A stretch of DNA of 63,383 nucleotides, filler included, from Reticulomyxa filosa (taxonomy: Eukaryota > Protista > Foraminifera): NCBI GenBank assembly GCA_000512085.1. It is 11 parts of 11 records of this genome, joined end to end, with 100 filler letters (N's around TTAATTAATTAA, not from the genome) between each part and the next. Parts side by side here need not be neighbours in the genome. Positions count along the whole stretch, not along the records: positions 13,191 to 15,718 come from ASPP01027828.1; positions 15,819 to 18,973 come from ASPP01011569.1; positions 19,074 to 22,510 come from ASPP01001461.1; positions 22,611 to 40,505 come from ASPP01006803.1; 7 more parts are not named here. The stretch is one strand, 5' to 3'. Both the position numbers and the translations under genes were made by a program. Under the pieces are notes generated by a model. The model made no database searches and had not been told where the DNA came from. It saw only the letters and a list, made by a program, of their open reading frames with translations. Shown here piece by piece: positions 13,700-25,600 of the stretch; positions within the stretch are counted from its first letter, which is position 1; each line of letters starts with the position of its first letter.

Positions 13700-15718
13700 A
13701 ACTAGAAAGCTAAAAAAAAAATGATGAAATATTCGGAAAATCTTTCATTTTTATCCCTTTTCATATCAATCACCTTTGTGATTTTATCTTCCACAAATTG
13801 GTAATATTCTTTCGTTTCTTCAGAATAACTTGGTGGTTGTGGACACCAACATCTCTGCGATTTTGCTTTAGTTTTCTTTTCAATTGCATTGCTGCCCCTT
13901 GTATTGCCTAAATTCATTCTGTTCATTTCCTATATTTCCTTTTTAGTCGATGGACTTGTTTTCTTTTCACCAAGGTTTATTTCCTTTCTAAATAATCCTT
14001 GTTCCAATACTTTGTTTTGCTGATTCTACCACACAGGTAGTCATTTGACTACTTTTTCAAATTTATCCATATTATTGATAGCATCCATCTTGTTGCCGTT
14101 TTTTGAATGTTTCTGTAAAAACTGCATAACATTATCAATTTCTTTTCACCGGAATGCTAATTTCAACCCAACACGATTTATAACCTGATTTTTGGAATTT
14201 GGATGTTCTGCTCCAGCAGTTGAATAAAAGCCGTTTATGTTGTTCTGAAAAATCAGTGTCAGTATTTGATATGTTGATTTCATCTCTTGGTTTGTATCAT
14301 TTATTTGAATGACTGCACGAGTGTTGTATGTTTGTTTTGTTCTTTTTCTTCTTCGATTGTTGGGTTCATTGTGATTTGCTTTATTGTCGGGTTTCTTCTT
14401 AATTTGAATTGACTGAGAATGAGATGCTTTCTTTTGCAGGAATACATCTATATTCTGGTCAACTTGATTCTAATTTTTTCGCACAGAATAATTCTTCTTG
14501 CATGATACACACCAATGTCGACTTTGATCATTCTTGTGTCGACATCTCGATGATTCATGATTCTTCAAACCAAAATACTTGGACATTCTTTCGCGACATG
14601 GTTCAACTTGAAGCAATTTTGACATTGCTTAAAATAAGACTTTGGTCTTGATTTATTCTTATCAAATAATACAGCTTGTGCAATTGTATATACATTCTGA
14701 AGATCCTTGTCTTGAAGTATCTTCATTACATCTTCAGATTTGGACAATGTCACCATTACCATTGGTATTCTATTGAATAGTTTTATTTGATCAATTGAAT
14801 AACCAATGTTTCTTTGACTTCTTTTTACTTTCCCGAACTGGATTGAATACTTTTTGTTGTTTTCGTTTCTTAATTTCCTCAGCATAGTTTCGTCGATGAT
14901 TAGATATTTGATTTGTCTTTTCGATTTCTTGGACTGTTTTCAGATTTTTCATCTTCATCCAATGCTTTTTTGTTGTTGAATGTATCACATATTTGTTGCA
15001 CGCTCGTATTCACAGCAAAATGAACGTAGATTGTTCTAAGATTGCAAATAATTCACTCAACATATCCGATTTCATTACAGATTTCAATGTCCCATTGGAT
15101 ATCTTGGAATTACAATTGGTACTATCACAAGTATGAGAATTTTCTTGCCGCATCTTTATTTTGAATTGCAAACAAAATTTTTGTAGCTCTGACAGCCTCT
15201 TTTTCAAGCGCAAAAAACGGGCAGATAAAAGCAAAAAGGAATATATACAACACCGTAATAACCTCACTAAAAAATGAGGTTACTGCGATCTCGCGAAATT
15301 TCTTGACTATTGAAATCTTTAATATCTCTATTTCAAAATTTCTTTCAAAACCACTTAGATTACGAATGATTTTGTAGCTTCAAGCGCTTTTTCCTTCAAA
15401 ATAAAATTTTTTTTGACAAAAGTTGATATAATGAAGTTGTTGAAATGAATATTTTTTATCAATCGAATGACTTGTGGATGTTTCAGTGAATCTCAATAAC
15501 AACTCATTTGTGTTATGCCACAATTGGAATTCTGATGCAATAATTGTTAATCTCCTTAATTCTTAATTTCACTCTGAATACCATTTACCTATCATCCAAT
15601 TCAATATTGCAATTTTAAATTTAATGTCATCTTCGACCATTTCATAATGTTTTTCATCCACATCTTTTGGATACTTAGGGGCTCTGCAAATGTCTTTGCC
15701 AATAGATATGTTTTATTA
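13700..15718 (-). mobile_element. Decayed APE-type non-LTR retrotransposon fragments (gag-like ORF1 zinc knuckle, endonuclease start, pre-RT region)
   Basis: FKQCQNCFKLNHVAKECP (CX2CX4HX4C) near 14575-14635. TLIFQNNINGF near 14230-14265 resembles an APE N-terminus. KTYLLAKTFA lies near 15690. There are many stops and frameshifts. Confidence 0.7.
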
Positions 15719-15818
15719 NNNNNNNNNNNNNNNNNNNNNNNNNNNNNNNNNNNNNNNNNNNNTTAATTAATTAANNNNNNNNNNNNNNNNNNNNNNNNNN
15801 NNNNNNNNNNNNNNNNNN

Positions 15819-17240
15819 AAAAAAAAAAAAAAAGAATAAACCCTTGTTGGCACGTGCGTTGGATAACAAAGACTATCGAAGCAGTCTGATTGTGATTCGC
15901 GACTTGCAGGGATATGAGAAGATCGATTGGAGCTACACTTTCAGCGAAGACAAAAACAACACTTACTTGCATCAAATCTTTAAAAAATGGGGAGATGATG
16001 TTGGCATCGTCAAACAACTCGTTTCCAATATTCCCAAAGATATCGTCATTCAACAATTGAACACTAAAAATCAAGTTGCTTTATACGACCTCGCTTTTCT
16101 GTTGTTTTTTTTTTTAATGATGAATCATTTGTTTCAATCTTCTTTCTTAACAATAAAAAAACTATTTTTTTAACCGCTAATTATTAAAACAATGTGAACA
16201 CATTTATCCAAAATATAAAAAAAAAAACAACCAAATATAGGATGGCAACAGTGCACTTATGTTTGCAATAACTGAAGGAGATATGAATGCGCTGCAATGG
16301 CTGTTGGAATATTGTAAGGAAGGAATTGACTGGACTTATTACAGCGGAGAAAGAACGTATTTCCATGCCATTATCGATTATTTCCATCGAAACACCAAAG
16401 GTCTTAAACAGTTATTCTACATCGTCGATCAAAAAGATTTGGCTACGCAATTTCAGATGAAAGATGCCGTTTCGTTTGTTTTTATATAGATTTATTTATA
16501 TACATCATACTTCACTACTGTTTGAGAAAATGACAACAATAATAATAATAATAGGAAGGGAAAACCCCCTTTTATGGTATGTTTGGATCGTAATGTTTCT
16601 GAAGATGTGATTATTCGATTGTTACAAAGTATAAAAGATATCAATTGGAAAGTTGTTGAACCCAAAATTCAAAGAAGCCATCTGCACCAAATTTGTATCA
16701 GTTGTCTTAAAAATGAAAAACAAGCTTTACAGATTATTGAGTTGTTACCCGACAAAGCCTTTGAAATTCAAATCAATATGCAAGATAAAGTTTTGTATTG
16801 TTTTTTTAATTTTTTTTTGTAGTGTAACAAAAAACAACACAAAAATGATCGATGAAACATTAATAGAGAAAACAAACGCCCTTGATGGCCGCCTTTCCTG
16901 CTGTTCCACCAAAAGCAGTCATATTGGCATTGTTCAACAAAAAAAAGATATTATTGATTGGTCACTGAAAGATCAGTCAGATATGACCTATTTCCATTTT
17001 ATTACAAGATACTATCACCACGATCTTGACACAATCAAAGCTTTATGCGAACAAGTCATTCCAAAAAATCAATTGAAGTCACAAAGCGAGTCTCGAGACA
17101 AGGTATTTTTGCTTGTTTGTTTTTTGTTCTTTAGATTTTGTGTTTTTTTTGGTTGAAATAGAAAGGAAAAACACCACTGGATTATGCGCAAGACAATGAA
17201 GCTCCAGTGGAAGTTTTGAATTGGTTGAAAGGCATTTAGA
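15819..17240 (+). CDS. Ankyrin-like repeat protein, 5' truncated, one ~75-aa repeat unit per exon; frameshift in an A8 run near 16940
   Basis: Exons start DGNSALMFA, EGKTPFMV, KQTPLMAA and KGKTPLDYA. The internal exons carry I(D/N)W...(T/S)Y/HxH and end near QxxxKD before a GT donor. Confidence 0.7.
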
Positions 17241-17728
17241 GATAAGAAAAGGAAAAAAAAATGTGTTTCCATTTGTTTTGTTTCTTTTGTAAATTTTTAC
17301 GGAACTTTAATCTCCTTTCATTATCAGGAAAGAAAATAAACTCGTTTCTGTACTTGTTAATTTTTCATTTTTGCTATCGAAAAAATTATCTGTAGCAGCA
17401 TGCCACTTGTAGAAATCATCAATAGCTTTCATTTTTTAAATTTTCTTAAATTTGCCTTTAGTGCGCAAAGTTTTTATGTACTCCTTATTAGTTTTTTTCT
17501 GTTAATTATTGTACATAATTATACGTATTTTTAAAAAATTCCAAATTTTTTATGAAAATTGCTGAAATTTACCACGCGGAAATTTATAGTTTTGTTTTGC
17601 TAAAAACATAATTTTAATGAAACGAGAAAGTAAATCAACGCCTCATACAAATCACGTACAGAGAAGCATCAACAAAACAATCTTTTTTCATGCAAACGGA
17701 ATTTTTAACAAAAAGCACTAGGTTTTGC

Positions 17729-18938
17729 TTAAGTGCATTTTCTGTGCACAATGGATGGACCAGCCTCATCGTATTCGGATTTAGAAATCCACATTTCCTC
17801 AAAAGTGCTCAATGAGGACAAGATACTTCCTCCGATCCAGACAGAGTATTTGCGTTCAGGGGGGGCAATGATTTTGATTGTCATAGAATCAGGAGCCAAA
17901 GCTTTGATTTCCTTTTGCATTCTTTCAGCAATGCCATTGAACATGGTTGTGCCACCGCTCATCACGATGTTGTTGTACAAATCTTTTCTGATATCGACAT
18001 CGCATTTCATGATGGATTGGAAGGTCAATTTGTGTACACCTTCTTGTTCCAATCCAATGAAGTTTGGTTTAAACATAACTTCTGGGCATCGGAATCGTTC
18101 AGCACCAATGGTGATGACTTGGCCATCAGGTAATTCGTAGTTTTGTTCCAATTCGCTGGAGGTCTCAGCTTTCTTCAATTCGTCATCATAGTCCAAAGCA
18201 ACATAGGACAATTTTTCCTTGATGTCACGTACAATTTCCTTCTCGGCGGTGGTGGTGAAGGAATATCCTCTTTCCGTCAAGATTTTTTGCAAGTATTCAG
18301 TCAAATCTCGTCCAGCCAAATCCAATCGCAAGACTGCATGAGGCAAGCAATATCCCTCGTAGATTGGGACTGTGTGGGTAACTCCATCACCACTGTCACA
18401 CACAATACCAGTGGTTCGTCCACTTGCGTACAATGACAACACGGCTTGAATGGCAACATAGAATGTTGGGGTGTTGAAGGTCTCGAACATGATTTGGGTC
18501 ATTTTTTCTCTGTTGGCTTTTGGGTTCAATGGGGCCTCAGTCAACAACATTCCGTGTTCTTCGGGGGCAATTCGCAACTCACTAAAACAAAAAAACGTAT
18601 ACAATAATGTTAAGCAATTTCGCATTTTTTAAAAAAAATTCATGCACGCCAATTAACTTGTAGAACGTATGGTGCCAGATTTTTTCCATATCGTCCCAAT
18701 TGGTCACGATACCGTGTTCAATAGGATATCGGAGGGATAAAATACCACGTTTTGCTTGTGCCTCGTCACCAACGTAGGCATCTTTTTGGCCCATGCCGAC
18801 CATCACACCTTGGTGTCTTGGTCGTCCGACAATGGATGGGAAGACGGCTCGTGGAGCATCGTCACCGGCAAATCCTGCCTTAACCATCCCACTTCCGTTG
18901 TCAATGACACATGCGGTTGACTCTTTATCTTCAGACAT
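17729..18938 (-). CDS. ACT: Actin (two exons; intron 18582-18657)
   Basis: [52 protein letters not shown]|ELR and [16 protein letters not shown] are present. A 76-nt GT-AG intron restores the frame. Confidence 0.98.
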
Positions 18939-19073
18939 TTTCTTTAGTTCTTAGTGATAAAAGTTACAAAGAANNNNNNNNNNNNNNNNNNNNNNNNNNN
19001 NNNNNNNNNNNNNNNNNTTAATTAATTAANNNNNNNNNNNNNNNNNNNNNNNNNNNNNNNNNNNNNNNNNNNN

Positions 19074-21300
19074 TTTTCTTAATCTACGTTTCTTCTTTTT
19101 CCTCTTTATTTTTTTTTTCACTCGAAACCTAAAAGGTTTGTGTTTATATTGTTTTGATAAAGACACTTTTGAATTGTGGTTACGACATACCAAGAGAAGA
19201 ACGGATCACAATTGCGTTACATTCTATTAAAAAAATAGGTTCACATCGTCTCTGTTATATTTAATGATGATTCATGATGCTGCTACATTTTAAGATCGGT
19301 AATGTAATTGTGGATTGCCAATTGATAGATTTGTGGAACCGATCACAAATTATTTGATTTCTGGACATTAATAAATGCAATTACATTCAATTATCTTCCA
19401 GAAAACTGATACATTTACTTGGTGACATAACAAATTTGGAATAAATGTTAATAAGTTGATTGCCATGTTCGATATTTGATTGATCGTGTCAGCGCAATTT
19501 GAATACGGACAATTTGAGTAACACAATTATCGAAGGAGCTCAGATAGCTCATAAATAATGCAAATACCATCCGCTATCAGCGATATGATATTGAATACCT
19601 AAATATTACATGCGACACATTATTAATAATTTCTAATGCCTTCACTTGGACAACGATTTTTTTTGTTTCAAATCTATATACATATATATACAGGAATAAC
19701 ACACCAATTGAAGATGATTAAAGAAAGAGAAAGATATAAATACTTTTTTCAAATTGAATTCAATCAACTGATCTTTTTCTACCTTTGATGACAATATTTG
19801 AGCACGCAGGATTTGATCAAGTGGGTCGGCATTGTTTCAGCGCAGAATAATGGGATGCTTTCATATTTCAATTGCAGGACTGTTTAAATATTGACGAGAT
19901 GAGTGATCCTTGAGAACGCATGCATTACTACAATGACAGGATGTGGTATTGATAGTTGTGCATTGCAAAAAGAAGAGCCTTTGTTTTCTTGACTAGGGTC
20001 TCGCATTGGAAAATATCCACCAATTTGTATTGTAGACCAATTCAACATCTTTATGGTCTTTCGCATTGACAGTAGAGTCAATATATTATTACTTTCGGCA
20101 TATCTCTTGCATGCCACATTTTTTTGTAGTTTTGTGACGCATCCGTTCTATCAAGACAGCAGTATTTGCTTCTACATTTCTGTACATCCCTTCTTCTTCA
20201 TTTGCAATTCCACCACTTATACCAACAGTGGACATAGTGTATTCTAGTTGCTGTAAACACAAAAACAACAAAATAATTAATGAAGATTGTTTAGAAAGAA
20301 AGACAAAAGTAATCAATGTTTTTTTTAATCACAATATTCTTTCAAAGGCATTCCATCATATAATGAAATAATCCACTCAATCATTTCCTTTCAATCTTGC
20401 TTGATGATAATAAACCACTGTTCTTTGCACTCAAATTGCAAATATCACAACTTTGTTATCTTCCACACGAAGTTCATACCAATTGTGTCTCCATGTGTCA
20501 TTGATGCACCGATATCGATAGCCACATAGAACATAATCGCAAGTATATGTGAAAGTCAACGACGGATACTTGGTCGACATATTGATGGCATTTGTGAAAG
20601 TATTGTGTACTAAGCCGGATATTGTAACCATATAAAATCCATCGTCACAGCGTTTTGTTTCAATTAAATCATCCACAACAATTCATAGTATCGGTGACAA
20701 ATATCAACACCGTTTAGGAGATTTTATTATTTAGATTATCCATATCAATAAGCTCATACCCCTTGCATGATTCATTACCATGTCGTATTTCTTGATTTAA
20801 TCAACATGTTTCAAATGCTATTGACTGGCATTTTCGCTTGTTTTTTTTCTCACTTTATTAATCTATTTTCATTCTTCTGCTTTTTTCCTCTTTTTCTTTG
20901 TTTCATTCCACACCTAAAATAAATCACTGTACAATGAAAAGGTTCATATTCACATTGTCTTGATTAAGATACATTACAACAGCTGAAAACATAATAAGAA
21001 CAAAATTTACACCTGGCAATAGGACTATGTGCAACACTATTATCGAAGGTGCTCAGATAGGTCATAGATAGTGCCAACATCTTCCACTTCTGATTCAGCA
21101 TAAACATTGCCGGCAATGGAATACACATTATATACAAGCTCTAATTCTTTTACTTGGATAACAAGTTTTGCTGGTTCAAGTCTATTTGTATACATATTTA
21201 TATGAATAACAAATCAATTAAAGATTATTAAAGAAAGAGAAAGTTAACTATTTTTTTCAAATTAAATTCAACAAATTAATCTTTTTCTACTTTTGATTGC
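19074..21300 (-). pseudogene. Tandemly duplicated, decayed gene-like segments
   Basis: 19520-19790 and 21030-21295 are clear paralogs (ATTATCGAAGG.GCTCAGATAG.TCATA; ATTAAAGAAAGAGAAAG; ATCTTTTTCTAC.TTTGAT). 19074-19170 resembles 20850-20980. Only short stop-interrupted ORFs remain. Confidence 0.5.
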
Positions 21301-22211
21301 AGCAGTTCGATTTCTATAATGTGATGTTTTTTTTTAAAACAAACACAAAAAGAAAAAGAATAAATATCTTAACTTTGTTGTTATCACACAGGATAACCAT
21401 TTCTTTTCAATTAAAAAAAATTTCCATTATAATTTTTTATTTCTATTCTTTTTTTTTTCACTTTCATTTATTATTTTTTTCTTTTTTATTCATTCTTTTC
21501 TTTCTTATACCTTTTTTTTCTTTTATTATTCCATCTTTTTTTTTATTACTACATTTTTTTTATTCTTTTTTTTCTTTTATTATTTCATTTTCTTTTTATT
21601 ACTTCATTTTTTTATTTTTATTATTACATCCTTTTTTTTTGTTGTACATTTTTTTTTATTTCCTCCTTTCTTTTTCATTTATTATTTTATTACTCCCTTT
21701 TTTCCCCCCGTTTCCAATACCACCAAACGAATTATACCTAAAGGTCTTTTGTTGCACCGGATGCCTATGCAGACAACAAAGTTATACTTTATAATTTTTA
21801 AAAAAACAAACAAACAAAAATATCTATAACTATCATAAGTTGTTCAAGATCCAAACACCAATTTATTTTTCCTATTCTAAAGCAATTCACAGTTTGTTTT
21901 TTTTAAGGGATTGGATAAATAAATATACATATACAAATATAGGTTTTTCTTTGAGGGGGAATTCCTATTTCATCACAAGTACAAACAAACATTTTATAAC
22001 AAAGGTAAACATATATATAAATAGATAAAAAACATATACAAACCTTTTTTTGCTTTTTTGCAAACGGGGTAGACTTCGACCCCATGATTATCTTATTTTG
22101 TGTGTGAGGGGGCATATAAATTAAATCTTGACTGTACAGGAGAACCTATATCATAAACATACAACATTTAAATATATTTTTTAAAAAGGCAAATAGAACA
22201 AACCATTTTTT

Positions 22212-22248
22212 CTCCTTGCGGAGACGGGGGTGGTTGCTCCCCATATTC
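22212..22248 (+). repeat. Conserved GC-rich double-hairpin motif, copy 2
   Basis: CTCC-TTGC-GGAG AC GGGG-GTGGTTGCT-CCCC ATATTC. As in copy 1, a long T-rich tract lies several hundred bp upstream (21400-21710). Confidence 0.7.
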
Positions 22249-22610
22249 TTTTTCTTTTCATGCCATTGGATTGCTATATTATAAATAATCACACAATGCA
22301 TAGTTATGAATCGAATACAAATGAAAAACGAAAGACTTACATTCTCTTTGTCATTTGAAATTGCAACGCTCGCATTGCAAACAACAGTAGGTGGTTATAT
22401 TATTTATCATTTAGTTTTCCAATTCCAACTGCCATTTGCTCTACGATGTTTGACAAGTATTTTCTATTCACAATAACAAGCAAAAAAAATAAAGTATATT
22501 ATTGAACAATNNNNNNNNNNNNNNNNNNNNNNNNNNNNNNNNNNNNNNNNNNNNTTAATTAATTAANNNNNNNNNNNNNNNNNNNNNNNNNNNNNNNNNN
22601 NNNNNNNNNN

Positions 22611-25600
22611 GAGTATTGAAAAAATGATATATATGAATATATGTATATTGGTATTAACTCTCGAAAAGCCATCTCAAACAAGCAACTAATTTGTTGAAAA
22701 TAGGTTGCTTGTTCAAGGTTCTTCCAATAAATTGAAAACACACTTTGGTTATCAATTCAATAAATGGAACACCAATGTTTTTATTCTCTTTGTCATCATA
22801 TTTTTTAAATGGTTCTAAAGGAGCCACTCGCACGAAATCAAGAATATATTTGAAATACAAAGGATTAAATATTTGTTGATGACGCATAAATTCCATGTCA
22901 TTGGCAATAATCTCATTTCTAATTTCTGATGGCATTACTTTTGAAGAGGGCGTTCCCAGCAATTGCAAAACATCAATTGGCTCTGGCTCTGGTGGTGGAG
23001 TTGGCTCTTTTTTTTCTTCTTTTCTCTCTTCTAAGGATGCCATTGAATCTTCAAAGACTTTTTGGGGTAGAGCCAGATTGCGCTTATTCACAATAGCATT
23101 TTCAGTTCTATCTTCGTCTCCAAAGCTTTTTTTTTCTTCATTTTCTTGATCAGTGCTTATTTTACTCTTGTTATTTGCTGTATCTGGAGATTTGTTTTCT
23201 TCTTTTTCTTCTTCTATTGGTTTTGCTTCTTTATGCTCAGGAGGTAAAAAGGTTTCGCGATCATATACCAATATGTATCCATTTTTAATGCGCTCGTCAC
23301 TGTCCCAACCCCAAGAATTACCTCCGCTATTTTGACTCTTCCCGCCAAAGCATTCTTTGTCTAAATTTTTCGTGTCGAATGGTTTGATCCAAGTATCATT
23401 AAATTCATTCCATTCTCCCGTCTTTCGATCTTTGATGTATGAATAATAATGCCCAGCATCTGCACTTCCAGTATGCACTGTAACTCCTACCAATTTATAC
23501 TTATAGTAGTCTAGAGAACTGACATTATTCAATTCCTGTACCTCCGTTGTTGGATTACTCTGAGCTTTTTTTGCGTTTTCCTGTTCATTTAGCCCTTCTT
23601 TGGTGTATGGTTTCAAATCTATTGCTTCTGGGAATTCTAGCCGCTGGTTCGATTTTTCATGACGGAAGGTTTCAAAGTTTAGCTCGAATCTCTGTTTATA
23701 CGTTCACAAGATCATAAGTTAAAAAAAAATAAAAGTACAAAAAGAATATACCTTCAAATGAACGAAAATGGTGTTTGGTAATTTGAACAATACTTCACGC
23801 TTCAGAGTACTGCACTTCTTGTTGCAAGTATCGCATTGAACTCCATCTAGTTGTTCGGGTTGCACATATGCATCTAAAGATTCTCTCAAATTGTTTCTAT
23901 TTTTAATTGGCAAAGACAGCATCATAAAATCTTGTTCTCGTTCTCGTACTGTTCCACAGCCTCCTTGGCATATCATTTGATGTATGACCTTACCACTAAA
24001 GCAATCTTGCAACAAATATCGAAATTTAGTGCTTTTCAACTCATTTTCAATTCTATCCGTTAAAATATTAAAAAATTCTTGTACATCTTGCTGAATTCTT
24101 ACATCTACTGGTTTTCCCTGTTTTTTAGACATCAAAAGAAAGAAAAATAAAATAAGATATAACTAAAAGAAAATGAATTATGTGTTGTGTTTTAATAATT
24201 GAAACTGTTTCATCTTTGTACGCCAGACAAAAATCTCTTGTATTAAAGGCTTCCTTTTCTGATAAGGTCAGATATGAAAACATTTTCATGAGCTGATACA
24301 AGACCGAGTTCGATTTCTCCATGAATGTCATTGTCTCTCCTTTTTCTTTTCCACCCCAAATAACTGCATTGCGAAACTGAGGCATCATATAAAATTGTTG
24401 TAGCAATGAGTTCATATAGCATGTCGAACCCAAGTTTTTCAATCCCATGTATCCACGTTTGGAGCGTGTATTGCGATCTGGAGAATAATCAAATCCCAGA
24501 GGTGGCCTCACTTTTTGATGAAGTGTCTGAATTAATTTTCGAGTTCGCTCAAAGTTCTCTGGCATTTCCATGCACAATAACACAAGCAGGCGAAATCCCA
24601 ATTTTCGACTTGTAATCGTCTTGCATTTCGGCCAATTATTTTCTTTATCTTCTTCCTCTTTTCCAGTTGCGAACAAGAAATGGTTGAAAATTACCTCCAC
24701 CAATCTTATTCATAATAAAATACAACACAAAAATGTGGGAATACAGTTTTCAATGAATGAAATCAAGCAACCAAAGTAGAAAAAAGAAAAAGATTAATAA
24801 ATCATACCCGTGATCTCCAGACAGTTTGCGAAAGGATTTGTCTGTCGACAAAAGCACTGAAAACAACGACATTAAACCCGTTAATATTTTATCGTTTTTG
24901 AGGTCTTCAAAATTTTCTCGGCTTTTGTAAAGTTTTAACTGTTGGACCAGATAATCAAACAAATCACTGAACTCTGCCATGGATGATTGAGATTTATCAT
25001 TATATTGTTGCATAAATGATATGAGCAAATAGAAATGCTGCTCAGGGTCAATACTTTCTTGAACTCCACCTTTCGGCAAATGTTCAAGCAAGATGTCTCT
25101 CAAGAAAAATTTTGCCACTTCTACCCCCTTCAGAGTTTTTTTTAAATCTGGTGAGTAAATTGTGGATTCATCCACCGCCCAACATAGCTTTCGAAGAGAC
25201 TTGGCAAATTCGGAGCTGATTTCTTTGTCCGTTGAATGCAAAGTCCCTAAAACAAAAGAAGGATCTTTTTTCAACGTTTGAAACAAATCAGGTAATAATG
25301 ACGGTCGTGTTAACAACACTGAAATCCACAGGCGAATCGCATACCTTGCAACCCAAGTTCTCTCTTTTGTTGGATACAAGTTCGTGCCTGCTGATTTCAG
25401 TATATGTAGCAATTGCAACAGCAAAGCACCAAAATCCAAAGATTCAATCAAGTTAGCAGCAAAGTTTTCTATTTTAGAGTGGAGAAGCTGACTGAATTGG
25501 AGTGATACTTGTGATGATTTGTGTTTGTCAGAAGAATCGGTTTTTATTTCGGCGTCATCTTTCGGCTTTTCATCCGAGGCGTGTTCTCGGTCGGCTTTTC

